Of a stretch of DNA of 64,000 nt, positions 10,434 through 20,400 are shown one piece after another. Both the position numbers and the translations under genes were made by a program. The stretch's first letter is position 1, and each line of letters starts with the position of its first letter. Where the stretch lies: the IMG/VR virus record IMGVR_UViG_3300045988_127105, positions 8,249 through 72,248 of that record; one strand, written 5' to 3'. The DNA is from a virus. Under the pieces are notes generated by a model that was not told the origin of the DNA, did not search any database, and saw only the letters and a list, made by a program, of their open reading frames with translations.

Positions 10434-12119
10434 ATGAAACACTATCGGTTTATTAATTTTATTAAAAGCGGACATTTCCTTACTTGGCTCTTACTCATGC
10501 TTCTCTCCGTTGTAACTGGTGGCTCGTCGCTCATGGCTGTTGGCGACAATGTTGCGCCTCAGATTGGCGACGAGGGTCCTGACCCGGCTTCCTCTGCTGA
10601 GGCTGCTGCCAACGAACCCGTTGAGCCTGGCAAGAGCGACCTCAACAGTCCCGGTGGCAAAAAGGACGGACAGGATTTGACTGGCTCTCAGGCTTCATCC
10701 ACCCAGCTCAAAGAGGGTGACATGATTGACGATGAATGGGATAATAACATTGTCAAATTCTACCCATACAAGACTCCGCTTCTCAGTATCGCTCGACAGG
10801 TCGCTGGTAAGGTTCCTATCAAGAACTGGACTGCCAAACACATGCGCATCGGTGGCGAAACTCTCGATGGTAAGACTACTGCTCCAATCACTGGTGGCGA
10901 CACCATCGAGCTTAACTCTACCAACTTCTCTGGTTCTCTCCGTCCGTTCTACAAGTGCTCTACTGTCTACGTTCCCGACGTTGAGGGCTACAAGGAAGGT
11001 TCTACTACCGTGCGCGAGGGCGTTCTTCAGCTCTACGTTATCGAGTCCAACGGCAAGAAGGTCACTCTCCAGGCTACCAACGGCAAGGCTAAGGACAATG
11101 GCACTCCTGCCGACGACCTTGACAGCATGACCTGCCCCGACATTCCTTCGGGCTCTGTCTTCCTCGTTGGCTCAACTGCCGCAAGCGAGTCTCAGCTTAT
11201 GGTTCCTCCTGAGAACATGCAGCCTCGCGAGAAGGAGGTTTGTGTGCAGAAGAAGCTGCTCAACATTCTCTTCACTACCGACTACGAGAAAGTACAGACC
11301 AAGGTGCCTATCACCGTCAAAGACCTCAAGGCTGACGCTATCATGAAGTACAACCTCCGCGCCGAGCGTTCTTACTGGCTTGGTACTAAACGACGCTTCA
11401 AGGTGCTCACCGAGGATGGTGCTGTAGAGGACGTTTACATTGCTGAGGGCATCTTGTCTCAGATTACCAATAAGTATGCTATTGGCGACGTTCATGAGTG
11501 GGCCGATTGGATTGCTCTCTCTAAGCTTCAGTTTACCGACTTTGCCGAGAACAACCACGCTTACGTCTTCGCTGGCAAGAACTTCATCGAGCGCATGGAG
11601 AAGATGAAGATTGACAAGGATGGCAAGAACGACATCATCAATCACGACGAGTTCGACCTTACTTTCAAGCGCATCAAGGACACATTCGGTACTTTCGATG
11701 TTGTTTGGGATCAGACTCTCGACCTTATGCACATGGAGGACTTTGCCGTTATCATCGACCTTAAGGCGAGTCGTCGCTACGTGCGTGTTGCCAACAAGGA
11801 GCGCACCAACGACATGTCTAAGGGTGCAGGTGCTATCCGCGACGCTAAGCGTTGGATTCACGAGGAGGCCGATTGTATCGCTCTCCGTGGCTACAACTCT
11901 ATACTTGTTGGTCCTGAGGAAAAGATTTCTAAGCTTGGCGGGTCCACTCTTACCACTATCATCTCTGTTCCCAAACTCCCCGAGACTCCGTCTAACGGCA
12001 TGAAGGCTGCCCTTACCGAGGACTACGTCTCTGGCGATGTTCAGTACGACAAGGGTACCGTCTACTACTACAACGGCACCAAGTGGGAACTCTACAGTGG
12101 TCAGGACGTGGCTGCATAA
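10434..12119 (+). CDS. major capsid protein (candidate)
   Basis: 561 aa directly after the scaffold-like gene. A YKTPLLSIARQV...NWTAKHMRIGGE segment is typical of HK97-fold capsid N-arms. A hairpin follows the gene. An alternative start exists at 10533 (MAVGDN). Confidence 0.6.
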   Translation: MKHYRFINFIKSGHFLTWLLLMLLSVVTGGSSLMAVGDNVAPQIGDEGPDPASSAEAAANEPVEPGKSDLNSPGGKKDGQDLTGSQASSTQLKEGDMIDDEWDNNIVKFYPYKTPLLSIARQVAGKVPIKNWTAKHMRIGGETLDGKTTAPITGGDTIELNSTNFSGSLRPFYKCSTVYVPDVEGYKEGSTTVREGVLQLYVIESNGKKVTLQATNGKAKDNGTPADDLDSMTCPDIPSGSVFLVGSTAASESQLMVPPENMQPREKEVCVQKKLLNILFTTDYEKVQTKVPITVKDLKADAIMKYNLRAERSYWLGTKRRFKVLTEDGAVEDVYIAEGILSQITNKYAIGDVHEWADWIALSKLQFTDFAENNHAYVFAGKNFIERMEKMKIDKDGKNDIINHDEFDLTFKRIKDTFGTFDVVWDQTLDLMHMEDFAVIIDLKASRRYVRVANKERTNDMSKGAGAIRDAKRWIHEEADCIALRGYNSILVGPEEKISKLGGSTLTTIISVPKLPETPSNGMKAALTEDYVSGDVQYDKGTVYYYNGTKWELYSGQDVAA

Positions 12120-12159
12120 AGTTTTTTATTTCCGTAATAAATTAGTTGTCCCGATAAGT

Positions 12160-12201
12160 CCTCGCTGAGCAACGGCTTTGCTCGCTAATGTCTCAGCGAG
12201 G
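12160..12201 (+). terminator. hairpin downstream of the capsid gene (terminator or attenuator candidate)
   Basis: 10-bp stem CCTCGCTGAG / CTCAGCGAGG with a 22-nt loop, followed by CTTATCTTT. Confidence 0.4.
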
Positions 12202-12225
12202 CTTATCTTTAAAATCAAAAACTCA

Positions 12226-12645
12226 ATGATTAAGATATATAGATTAAAACAGGCTCTCAACAATGGTCATCATGTTCTTGTTGGCGCAGGTGGCAACAAG
12301 GTTCACTACGAGTTCACAGGTGGCAACGTCATTGCTGGCACTTGTCCTGAACTTTCTCTTAAAGGCAAGTACTTTCAAGACCTTCTTGAGAGCAGTAAGC
12401 TCTTCAAGTCCGGTACAGTGGTGTTGGTCCGCGAAATCGAAACCTCAGACGACATCGACCCCGTCCCAGCTCCCGAGCCAACGCCCAAGAAGCAGGTGGA
12501 TAGTGTCGATTCCGTCACAACCCCCGACGAGCTTCTTGTTTACGTCAACACTAACTACTCCAAGAATTTCACCAGTCCTGCCAAGGCTCTCGCTTTTGCA
12601 GCTAAGGAAGGCATCGTCTTCCCCAAACTATCCCTTGGCGAGTAG
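12226..12645 (+). CDS. hypothetical head-associated protein
   Basis: ATG at 12226 (MIKIYRLKQ...), 139 aa. The longer track ORF starting at 12178 overlaps the hairpin. Confidence 0.65.
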   Translation: MIKIYRLKQALNNGHHVLVGAGGNKVHYEFTGGNVIAGTCPELSLKGKYFQDLLESSKLFKSGTVVLVREIETSDDIDPVPAPEPTPKKQVDSVDSVTTPDELLVYVNTNYSKNFTSPAKALAFAAKEGIVFPKLSLGE

Positions 12646-12663
12646 TTTCTTAAAGCATTAGTT

Positions 12664-13332
12664 ATGACTATCTCCGAAATCATCAACAAAGTAAAATGGT
12701 GTATCGACCACGAGACTCATGAGGATGCCAAGCTTGCCGACAATGGAGAGGACTCCTACATGGATAATATCATACGTGCCAAAATCAACGACGCACGCCG
12801 ATGGCTCGCCGTAGCCACCTCCCAATCCATCACCCTCTCCTCCTCTCCAAGCTCCTCTTCCTCCTCCAGTGTTACAACACTCACTATCACCCCATATGAT
12901 GGCTTTTCCGACATCGCCACCATCACCATCCCCTTGTCTCTTTCCACCGTCACCTTAACTCGCGTACGTCTCTCGTCATGGCACAAGGCTGCCATACCTA
13001 TTCTCGACACCTCCGACGACGCCATGCTTATGTTCGACGACACTGCAAAGGGTACTGTCAACCGACCTCTCGCCACTGTCATGCAAGGCTCTCCCACGAG
13101 AATCCTTGTTCAGCCTTACACCTCTGCCGACACTGCCGAGATTGTCTATATCGGTATAGCTTCCGACATCGACACTTCTTCTGATGATACCACCGTAGAT
13201 ATTCCAACCATCCACGAGTCTGCCTTCATCTACTACATTGCCTACCTCTTGCTTACCGCCTACCAAGACCCACGTGCGCAAGCAATGTTCGCTATTGCAG
13301 TCCAGCTGACAGGCTCCAAACAGTCCGTATAG
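12664..13332 (+). CDS. hypothetical virion protein (connector/adaptor-size)
   Basis: 222-aa ATG ORF with a poly-Ser tract (SSSPSSSSSSS). Confidence 0.7.
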   Translation: MTISEIINKVKWCIDHETHEDAKLADNGEDSYMDNIIRAKINDARRWLAVATSQSITLSSSPSSSSSSSVTTLTITPYDGFSDIATITIPLSLSTVTLTRVRLSSWHKAAIPILDTSDDAMLMFDDTAKGTVNRPLATVMQGSPTRILVQPYTSADTAEIVYIGIASDIDTSSDDTTVDIPTIHESAFIYYIAYLLLTAYQDPRAQAMFAIAVQLTGSKQSV

Positions 13333-13334
13333 TT

Positions 13335-13613
13335 ATGTACACTCTCACTGCATCATACTCTCCCGAAGAACTTGCCTGGATCACTCCCGAAGTTCAGTTT
13401 AACCGTGACATCTACCTCATCGTCACCCTCAAACGCCCCGGCAAACTCATCATCCGGCAACGTGTCTCCGATGGTTCCAATCCGCGCGTGCCTATCCGAC
13501 GTCACAAAGATATGACCTCCTTCAAGCTCCGCCTTACCATCCTCCCCGAAACCGTCGGTCTACAAATTTTCACATCTACCGAACCAAACGAAATTAAATA
13601 TGCCTACATTTAG
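13335..13613 (+). CDS. hypothetical virion protein
   Basis: 92-aa ATG ORF, 2 nt after the previous stop. Confidence 0.6.
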   Translation: MYTLTASYSPEELAWITPEVQFNRDIYLIVTLKRPGKLIIRQRVSDGSNPRVPIRRHKDMTSFKLRLTILPETVGLQIFTSTEPNEIKYAYI

Positions 13614-13815
13614 AGAAGACCCTAAAATCGGTTCTAAGGTCCCATTAATCAAAACTGCCGACCTTAACGACAAGTCGGTCACAGAGAAGAAGCTCGCCGA
13701 CGGTGCTGTAACAAAAGATAAACTCTCTCATGAGGTTCTGAACGGGCTTCCGATGGAGAGAATAACAGAAGAAGAAATTGAAATAATAGTAGGAGAGAAA
13801 GGAGACATAAAATGA
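13600..13815 (+). CDS. hypothetical small virion protein
   Basis: 71-aa ATG ORF overlapping its neighbours by 14 and 4 nt (ATGA coupling with the next gene). Confidence 0.55.
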   Translation: MPTFREDPKIGSKVPLIKTADLNDKSVTEKKLADGAVTKDKLSHEVLNGLPMERITEEEIEIIVGEKGDIK

Positions 13816-14627
13816 ATAAGTTTGTAGATGATAAAGGACTTAAAAGATATACTGACAATATGAAACTTCTTCTTAAGAAGAAAGTTTCTAAGAAAAGACC
13901 TTATGGTCAGATAGTTATTGGTAAGTCAATAAATCCAAAATCGTATGATTGGGGAACAATATATGCTTTTCGTGGACATCCATGTATAACAGTATGGAGT
14001 AATAATGCATTTGAGACATTTAATATAATTATTCGTGATACTACAGGTAAAGATGTAAGTAATACATATCAATCATCAGGAACAGTACTTACTAACACAA
14101 AAGCTAAATATGTTCATTTAATACACTTAATTGGATATCCAAAAATTCCATGTGGTTTTAGCATGTTTAATCCATATACAAATGGAGATACTACTATACA
14201 TTTACAAGAAATTAAGATTCCAGCGGATAACCTTACTGGTACTTCAAAAAACTACAGTTGGGTTAATGGAAAACGTGTGACAAGTAAAAAAGGAACTTTT
14301 AAAATAGCTTGTGAAATTTTGAGATATAAATTTGACAAGACTAACAAGAATGCTGCTGTTAATATAGTAAAGGCTTATCAATCAAATACAAATGGTATTT
14401 TTGGAGTACCATATTGGAAGCATGGTGTATTTCGAGGTAAACCTTATAGAGATAAATTTCCTAATAAAAAGAAAAAATATACAAGATTTACGAGAAAAAC
14501 TTCTGGATTAGGTGGTGGTCTATGGCTTGTACGTTTTTATGATAGAAAAAGTAAGACATATATGAATGATGTAAAAGTATATGTAAGGAAAACTAAAGAA
14601 GGAAAGCTTATTTTCAAAAGGACATAA
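13812..14627 (+). CDS. fibre/receptor-binding candidate 1 (low-GC cassette)
   Basis: 271 aa. The N-terminus MNKFVDDKGLKRYTDNM shares a motif with the next two ORFs. The DNA is visibly more AT-rich than its neighbours. Lys-rich. Confidence 0.65.
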   Translation: MNKFVDDKGLKRYTDNMKLLLKKKVSKKRPYGQIVIGKSINPKSYDWGTIYAFRGHPCITVWSNNAFETFNIIIRDTTGKDVSNTYQSSGTVLTNTKAKYVHLIHLIGYPKIPCGFSMFNPYTNGDTTIHLQEIKIPADNLTGTSKNYSWVNGKRVTSKKGTFKIACEILRYKFDKTNKNAAVNIVKAYQSNTNGIFGVPYWKHGVFRGKPYRDKFPNKKKKYTRFTRKTSGLGGGLWLVRFYDRKSKTYMNDVKVYVRKTKEGKLIFKRT

Positions 14628-14811
14628 AAAATGGGTAGCGTTAGACAAAAAGGATACTACACCACAAGGCATGTACTTCATTAACCGTCTAACTTACCAC
14701 CCATTGCAAAGATACTATATAATATTCAGTTTTGCAAGAGTTTGAGTAATAAAATAAAGATAAAATATAAAGTTTAACAAACATTAGTAATAAATTAACA
14801 AACAAACAATT

Positions 14812-15384
14812 ATGACAAAATTTATAGACAGTTTAGGACTAAAAAGATTAGTCACAAAGATTGCTGAAGCAGTTGGGAAGGGAACTTGGTTGCCAGTGAA
14901 GAAAGGAAAAGGAGAACGAGCTGTTGAAGAAGGAATAGGCACTGCTTTAGGTAGCTATTCTCATGCCGAAAATAATGCTACTGCTTCAGGAGATGGTTCA
15001 CATGCAGAAGGTAATAAGACTACAGCATTAGGTGACTTCTCTCATACAGAAGGTGATTCTACAACTGCATCTGGTTTTGCTTCACATGCCCAAGGTTCTT
15101 CTAATTATGATGATCCATCATTTATGGATGTGGTTGGTGTTGGTAATGATAACACTACCAAAAACGCTTCTGTAATATATGTAAAGCGTGATACAGAAGG
15201 TTACCCCGATCAAAGCGATCCTAAAAATGGCTATCAATATCTCATAGGTATTGGAGGTTATCAAGGTAGAAATATTGCAGAGGGCATGAAGAGTGTGCAA
15301 GAAGTGATAGCAGACCTTGAAAAAGGAGTGGCAGCAACAGAGACTATGACTGTTGAAGAGATTAGGGAAATAATGAGTGCATAG
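14812..15384 (+). CDS. fibre candidate 2 with Hep_Hag/YadA-head-like repeats
   Basis: 190 aa, N-terminus MTKFIDSLGLKRLV. Tandem SHAEGN-TTA-G units (SHAENNATASGDGSHAEGNKTTALGDFSHTEGDSTTASGFASHAQG). Confidence 0.7.
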   Translation: MTKFIDSLGLKRLVTKIAEAVGKGTWLPVKKGKGERAVEEGIGTALGSYSHAENNATASGDGSHAEGNKTTALGDFSHTEGDSTTASGFASHAQGSSNYDDPSFMDVVGVGNDNTTKNASVIYVKRDTEGYPDQSDPKNGYQYLIGIGGYQGRNIAEGMKSVQEVIADLEKGVAATETMTVEEIREIMSA

Positions 15385-15435
15385 AAATAAACGAAAAGAT
15401 AAATAGTAACATAAAATTTTTTTAAACAAATCGTT

Positions 15436-16308
15436 ATGACAAAGTATTTAGACAAGGTAGGCCTTACAGAGTATACTAAACTGATGAAGGCTCATGTAGC
15501 AAAGAGTACATTGAAACTTGGTGAATCATCTGGTACGGCTTATGACGGAGCAAAGGGTAAGGCAAATGCCGACTTCATTAATGGAGTGAAAAACGGTAAC
15601 CTCGCTCTTGTGTCACCAGAAATCAGAGGCAGATGGAATGTGTTCAACGCAGCTGGTACAGTAGTGGAATCAATGGGTTCACCATCAACCTCTCTGTCAC
15701 TTGAAAACGGTTATCAAGCATCATGGACAGGCTCATTCTTATATCCAGCAGCAAAGGAAGGCCAGAAAGTTCCAACAAGTGTATCTGGTAATTGGACTGC
15801 ACTTCCAGCAGCAAATACACCATCTGCAACATACAAAACCCCAGAGAAGGTAAAAACTGACACCACTATCTCGGCAACTATCGCAGCTGCCAAAACTGGT
15901 CTTATGGTTGTTGGTTCAGATGTAAAGCCTGCAAGTGGCAATGACACAAAGACAGCATCTGCAAGCGTACACTTCTATCATCGCCGTTATTTTGGTTTGG
16001 CATCAACATCAAGTATAACAGCAGATGTTATAAAGGGTTTGAGTAAGACAGATCTTAATAATTCACGCACAGCAAAGCTTGAAGGTATTTCGGCAACAGA
16101 TGCTCAGTACTATGTAATAGCTTATCCAAAGATAATGGGTGAGTTGACCAAGATAGTACAGAATGGAGCCACACCATTGCTGAATGGAGGTTTTGAAAAG
16201 AGTGAGGTAACAGTGACAAATGCAGCTGGTGCTTCAATAGTTTACTTGGTATACCGTACAGTAAACCCAGGAGCATTGAAGGATAACTCATTCCTGGATA
16301 TAGCATAA
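15436..16308 (+). CDS. fibre candidate 3
   Basis: 290 aa. N-terminus MTKYLDKVGLTEYTKLM shares the M-x-K-F/Y-x-D-x-x-G-L motif. Confidence 0.7.
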   Translation: MTKYLDKVGLTEYTKLMKAHVAKSTLKLGESSGTAYDGAKGKANADFINGVKNGNLALVSPEIRGRWNVFNAAGTVVESMGSPSTSLSLENGYQASWTGSFLYPAAKEGQKVPTSVSGNWTALPAANTPSATYKTPEKVKTDTTISATIAAAKTGLMVVGSDVKPASGNDTKTASASVHFYHRRYFGLASTSSITADVIKGLSKTDLNNSRTAKLEGISATDAQYYVIAYPKIMGELTKIVQNGATPLLNGGFEKSEVTVTNAAGASIVYLVYRTVNPGALKDNSFLDIA

Positions 16309-16341
16309 ATAATTGTTTAACATTAAAAACATAAAAAAGAT

Positions 16342-17367
16342 ATGGCATTAAAACAAGCAAATACGCTGGCTCCAAGTAATGTGTCAGCAACAGGTTTTGC
16401 CTTGGCAGACGCAAGACATATTGGAGGTCATAAAGTTGTAGCAAGTCTAACAGCTTTGTATGCATTACAGGATTGGCAGCTACTTAATCCTGGAGAAACA
16501 GACACAGCATTGGCATTAGGTCAGCAGTGGTATGTTAAGGGAATTGGTTTCTATAGACTAACCAACTGGGCTAATCGTAAAACATCAAGTGGTTGGATAA
16601 AGGAAGTAGATCCAAATAACATTGACACTACACTATTTCAGATTGTTTCTGCTCTTCCTACAAGTGGCATTAATAAGAATCGTATATATCTTGTAGCTTC
16701 GGCAAACAGAGACCCTAATGGTAAAAATATATATGCCGAGTATATCTATACTGGTGATACCTCAGCCACCTATGACGCAACCAAGTGGGAGAAAATTGGT
16801 GAATATACACCAACCGTGGACTTATCTCCTTACATGAAGTTGGAGCAGAAGGGTGTGGCTAATGGTGTAGCTACCTTGGATGCAAAGGGTAAGGTTACTG
16901 ATGGTCAGTTGTGGGATGCAACAAGCGAGAATCATGGCTTGATGTCAGAAACAGATAAGAAAATTCTTGATACAATCAATGATGAACTATATGCGGGTAA
17001 ATACTCTGATGTATGTAAGTTTGATGATATATTTACACCTATTATAGATGTGGAGATACTTCAGAATTCACTTGCTGAGTCTGTTGTAAACTATGATATT
17101 GTCTATCTTACAACTAAAAATATGTTTGTAGCAAGACATGAGGGTAAATATTATAATAACTGGGCGCATAGAGCAGAAACCTTTGGTGACTCAAATACTC
17201 CAGTAGAAGGTAAATTGTATTTAAAGAAAGCAGGACAGATATCAGTGGCTGGTTCGATTGTATCACCTACTTTATATACAGGTGATAGTAAGGGTCTTTA
17301 TCCTCTTGCTAATCAGAACGATATTCAAGTAATGTCTAATGAGGAGATTGATGCTTTGTTTGCATAA
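16342..17367 (+). CDS. tail fibre-like protein
   Basis: 341 aa. The motif GVANGVATLDAKGKVTDGQLW is common in phage tail fibres. Last gene before the convergent terminator. Confidence 0.7.
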   Translation: MALKQANTLAPSNVSATGFALADARHIGGHKVVASLTALYALQDWQLLNPGETDTALALGQQWYVKGIGFYRLTNWANRKTSSGWIKEVDPNNIDTTLFQIVSALPTSGINKNRIYLVASANRDPNGKNIYAEYIYTGDTSATYDATKWEKIGEYTPTVDLSPYMKLEQKGVANGVATLDAKGKVTDGQLWDATSENHGLMSETDKKILDTINDELYAGKYSDVCKFDDIFTPIIDVEILQNSLAESVVNYDIVYLTTKNMFVARHEGKYYNNWAHRAETFGDSNTPVEGKLYLKKAGQISVAGSIVSPTLYTGDSKGLYPLANQNDIQVMSNEEIDALFA

Positions 17368-17389
17368 ACATAAGCTATAACAAGTAAGT

Positions 17390-17432
17390 AAAAAAGTGGT
17401 GAACTTTTAGAAGGTTCACCACTTTTTCTTTT
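17390..17432. terminator. bidirectional intrinsic terminator
   Basis: Stem AGTGGTGAAC (17395-17404) pairs with GTTCACCACT (17414-17423). Flanked by A5 on one side and TTTTCTTTT on the other. Lies between convergent genes. Confidence 0.75.
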
Positions 17433-17434
17433 CT

Positions 17435-20400
17435 TTATTCTATCCTATCCAAATCTTCTACAGCCTCCTGCATTATCATCTCAATATTCTTATTCGCGAA
17501 GTCCACCTGCTTCTTATCATCGGCCCACTTCTTTCTCATCGTGTTCCAGTGTCTCATTCGCTTTTCCGCATTCTTGATGATATTCACCTTTCTTTGCTCA
17601 GGCGAACCTTCGAACTTTTCCAATGCAGCAGCATTTTCAATCCTCTTCATCGTAGGCACGTTCTTCGAGTTCAGCTTGTCGTTATTGGCGATAGTCTGTT
17701 CCATTTCCTCCTTGTAGTTATACCATTTGGCTTTGGTTCTCGCCATGCTCGACTGTTCTCTTGGAGTATAGAAGAGTGAGCGCAAGAATGGCACGTCGCC
17801 CACTTCTATCTCGTCTGTCTTGCCAGTCGTTGCCTTTGCGACCAAGCCTGCAGTGCGTTGAGTAAATGTGCCCATACCACCACTCCACGAACCGAAGAAA
17901 TGATTGAGCATCGACGGGTCTGTTGCCCAGTCAAGAACCTCGTTGCCCTTCATTTCCGGATTGCCAGGAGCTATATTGTTGGTCTTGGCGTTCACCCACT
18001 TGTTCAAGTCCACAAGTCTTGCCGGAACATTATTATAGGCGTTCTGCCATGCCGGGTTAAGCTCTGTCTTATCGCCCGTTCGTCTTATTGGCGCACCCTT
18101 CCAGTCGTTGTTAAGCCACCATTCAATGAACGGAACTATAGCAGTAGGAGCAATACCTTCTGTAGTCATGCCAACTCCATTTTCCAAGCTCTTTTCATAG
18201 TTCGGATTATTCAAGAAGTCCATTACTGGGAATAGCTGCGACATACAGCCCACGGCATCCATCGCCATGTTTCTCTGGCTCTTCACGTTCTTGGCAAATG
18301 TCTGTCCGGCTGCCAAGTCACCAAGACTATAGAACGCTCTCAATTCAATGGCCAACGGCACAGTCACAAATTTGTTATTGCCCACATATATACACAGGTT
18401 GTTTCGTCTGATATAGTCAGGCAACTCGCCGTACGGATCCTTCACGTTACCTCTGTCCTTATCGTCCTCATTCTGTATAATAGCATTGTTGACAGCAGCC
18501 ATAATCAACGCTAAGGCAAACGGTGCAGATGTCATAGCAACAGTAGTACCCACAGGCGCACGCTTGATATTCTTGAACAACAGGTTCGTGCTCTGAATGC
18601 CAGCATTAAAGAACATCGAGTAGTTTCTTAGGTAGCCAGCCACAAAACCGTATGTGTTTCGCCTTGCCTTCTGCCAATCACCCATTTCTCCGTTCTTGAA
18701 GCTCTTTATAGCATCACCCGAACCATGACGGTTGAAGTTTGTCGATACCTCCTTTGCGTCATACGCGCTTCTTGCTGCCGAACGTCCCAAGTCTCTTGAT
18801 GTGCAATATGTGGCAAATCGTGCCATGTTCTCAGCCACCTCGTTCAGATTCTCCACGTTCTCGCCTAATTTCTTAAGCACTTCCACAGCATTAACCATAA
18901 CCTTCTTCGCGCCCTTTGCCGATTCCTTCTCCACGATACTCTTGTAGCTCTTCTCCATATCGTGCATCGAGAACAACTGTACAAAGCCTGTCTCGCCACC
19001 GTTCTCCATGAACTCCTTGAAGTATCGCTCCATCTTCGAGTTGCCAAGCGTGCCCTCTCTGTATCGGGCATACAGTCCGAAGCCTACACCATTCTTGAAG
19101 TCTTTCATCTTCATGCTCTTTAAGCTTCCTGCACCCTCATTGTAGAACATATTCAGCGGATTAAGCTCACCATAATAGCGTGACCACTTTGCAAGATATC
19201 TTCCACCTTCCTTTGCAGCAACATGCGAAGATGCAAATTCCATGTCTCTCACGATGTTTCTCATCACAAACTCTGGGCTCCACGATGTTGAGGCCATAGC
19301 CATCCATCGTGTCACAGCCTGCAACGACCTGACGCTTGCCTTGCCGTTCTCCAGCATTCCGTTCAAAGCCTGTGCTGCTCTCGGATTGCCAAGCACCACA
19401 AATCTGTGTGTTCTTCCGGCTATCTTCACGTCCACAAAGTGTTGGCTCTTGTCCTTCGCTCTTTGGAACTTGAAGCCTATGTCCGTTCCATTGCTCAGAC
19501 TCTTTGCCTCACCCTTAGCTTGCTTGGTCCTCATGTCCGTTTCAAAGGCATCCACAATGCTCGCAACATCATCTGCGCTTGCTCCTTCAGGAATCTGCGG
19601 ATAAGCCTCCTCCCAAATGTCGTTGCCGTTCAAGTCCGTGCCAGTTTTCTCAACCCACACCTTTGTCTCCTTCACAAGGTTCTGCTCTCCGCTGTTTCTC
19701 ACGAATCGCGCAAAGGCTAACTTAATAGAGTTCTGACCTCCGTTTCTTATCGCACGGTTGCCCATCAAACCTATCTGTGCCAATATCTCCACATTGCTCA
19801 GACTCTTTCGTCCCTTGGCGTTCATCAGCGTCGTGCCAATATAATTGCTCGGGTCGCCCATTTCTGTCACATATCCGTATACGTCCTCAGCGGTTGCCTC
19901 GTCAAACTTTCTCAACGGTACATACCAGTCAAACATATTCAACACTCCGTCGTGTGTCTCCTTGGTGATAATGTTATTCTCGTAGTCCGAATTTACCGAA
20001 TAGTCTGTAGCTGCCTTCACCTTCTTCCAGAAGTCGGCAACTGAGCCTTTCTTCATGCTTTCCATGCTCGCCTCCTGGCTCACAACCTCGTCAATAGCTC
20101 CGGCATCATCATAAGGCGATTTCATATCGTCAATGCCCTGCAATCCGTGCATACCCGAATAGTCATGCTCTTCTGCCTTAAAGTCCTTATCCAAGTTCTG
20201 TACTATCCACTCGTCCATCTGACGGTAGTACTCCTTCAAGTCTATCTGTCCCGAGTCAAGCTTCTTTCTAAGGTCGCTTCTCTCGTCCTTCCAAGCAGTC
20301 TCCAAAGCATCAACACTATCGGATTCTTCACTTTTCACTTTTCCCTTTTCACTCCTTATCCAGTCTCTCACGAACAGCACACGGTTTCTCTCCAATCCAT

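Noticed and set aside
13800-17367. A diversity-generating retroelement acting on the fibre genes.
   Set aside because: No reverse-transcriptase ORF is present in the window, and I saw no template/variable repeat pair.
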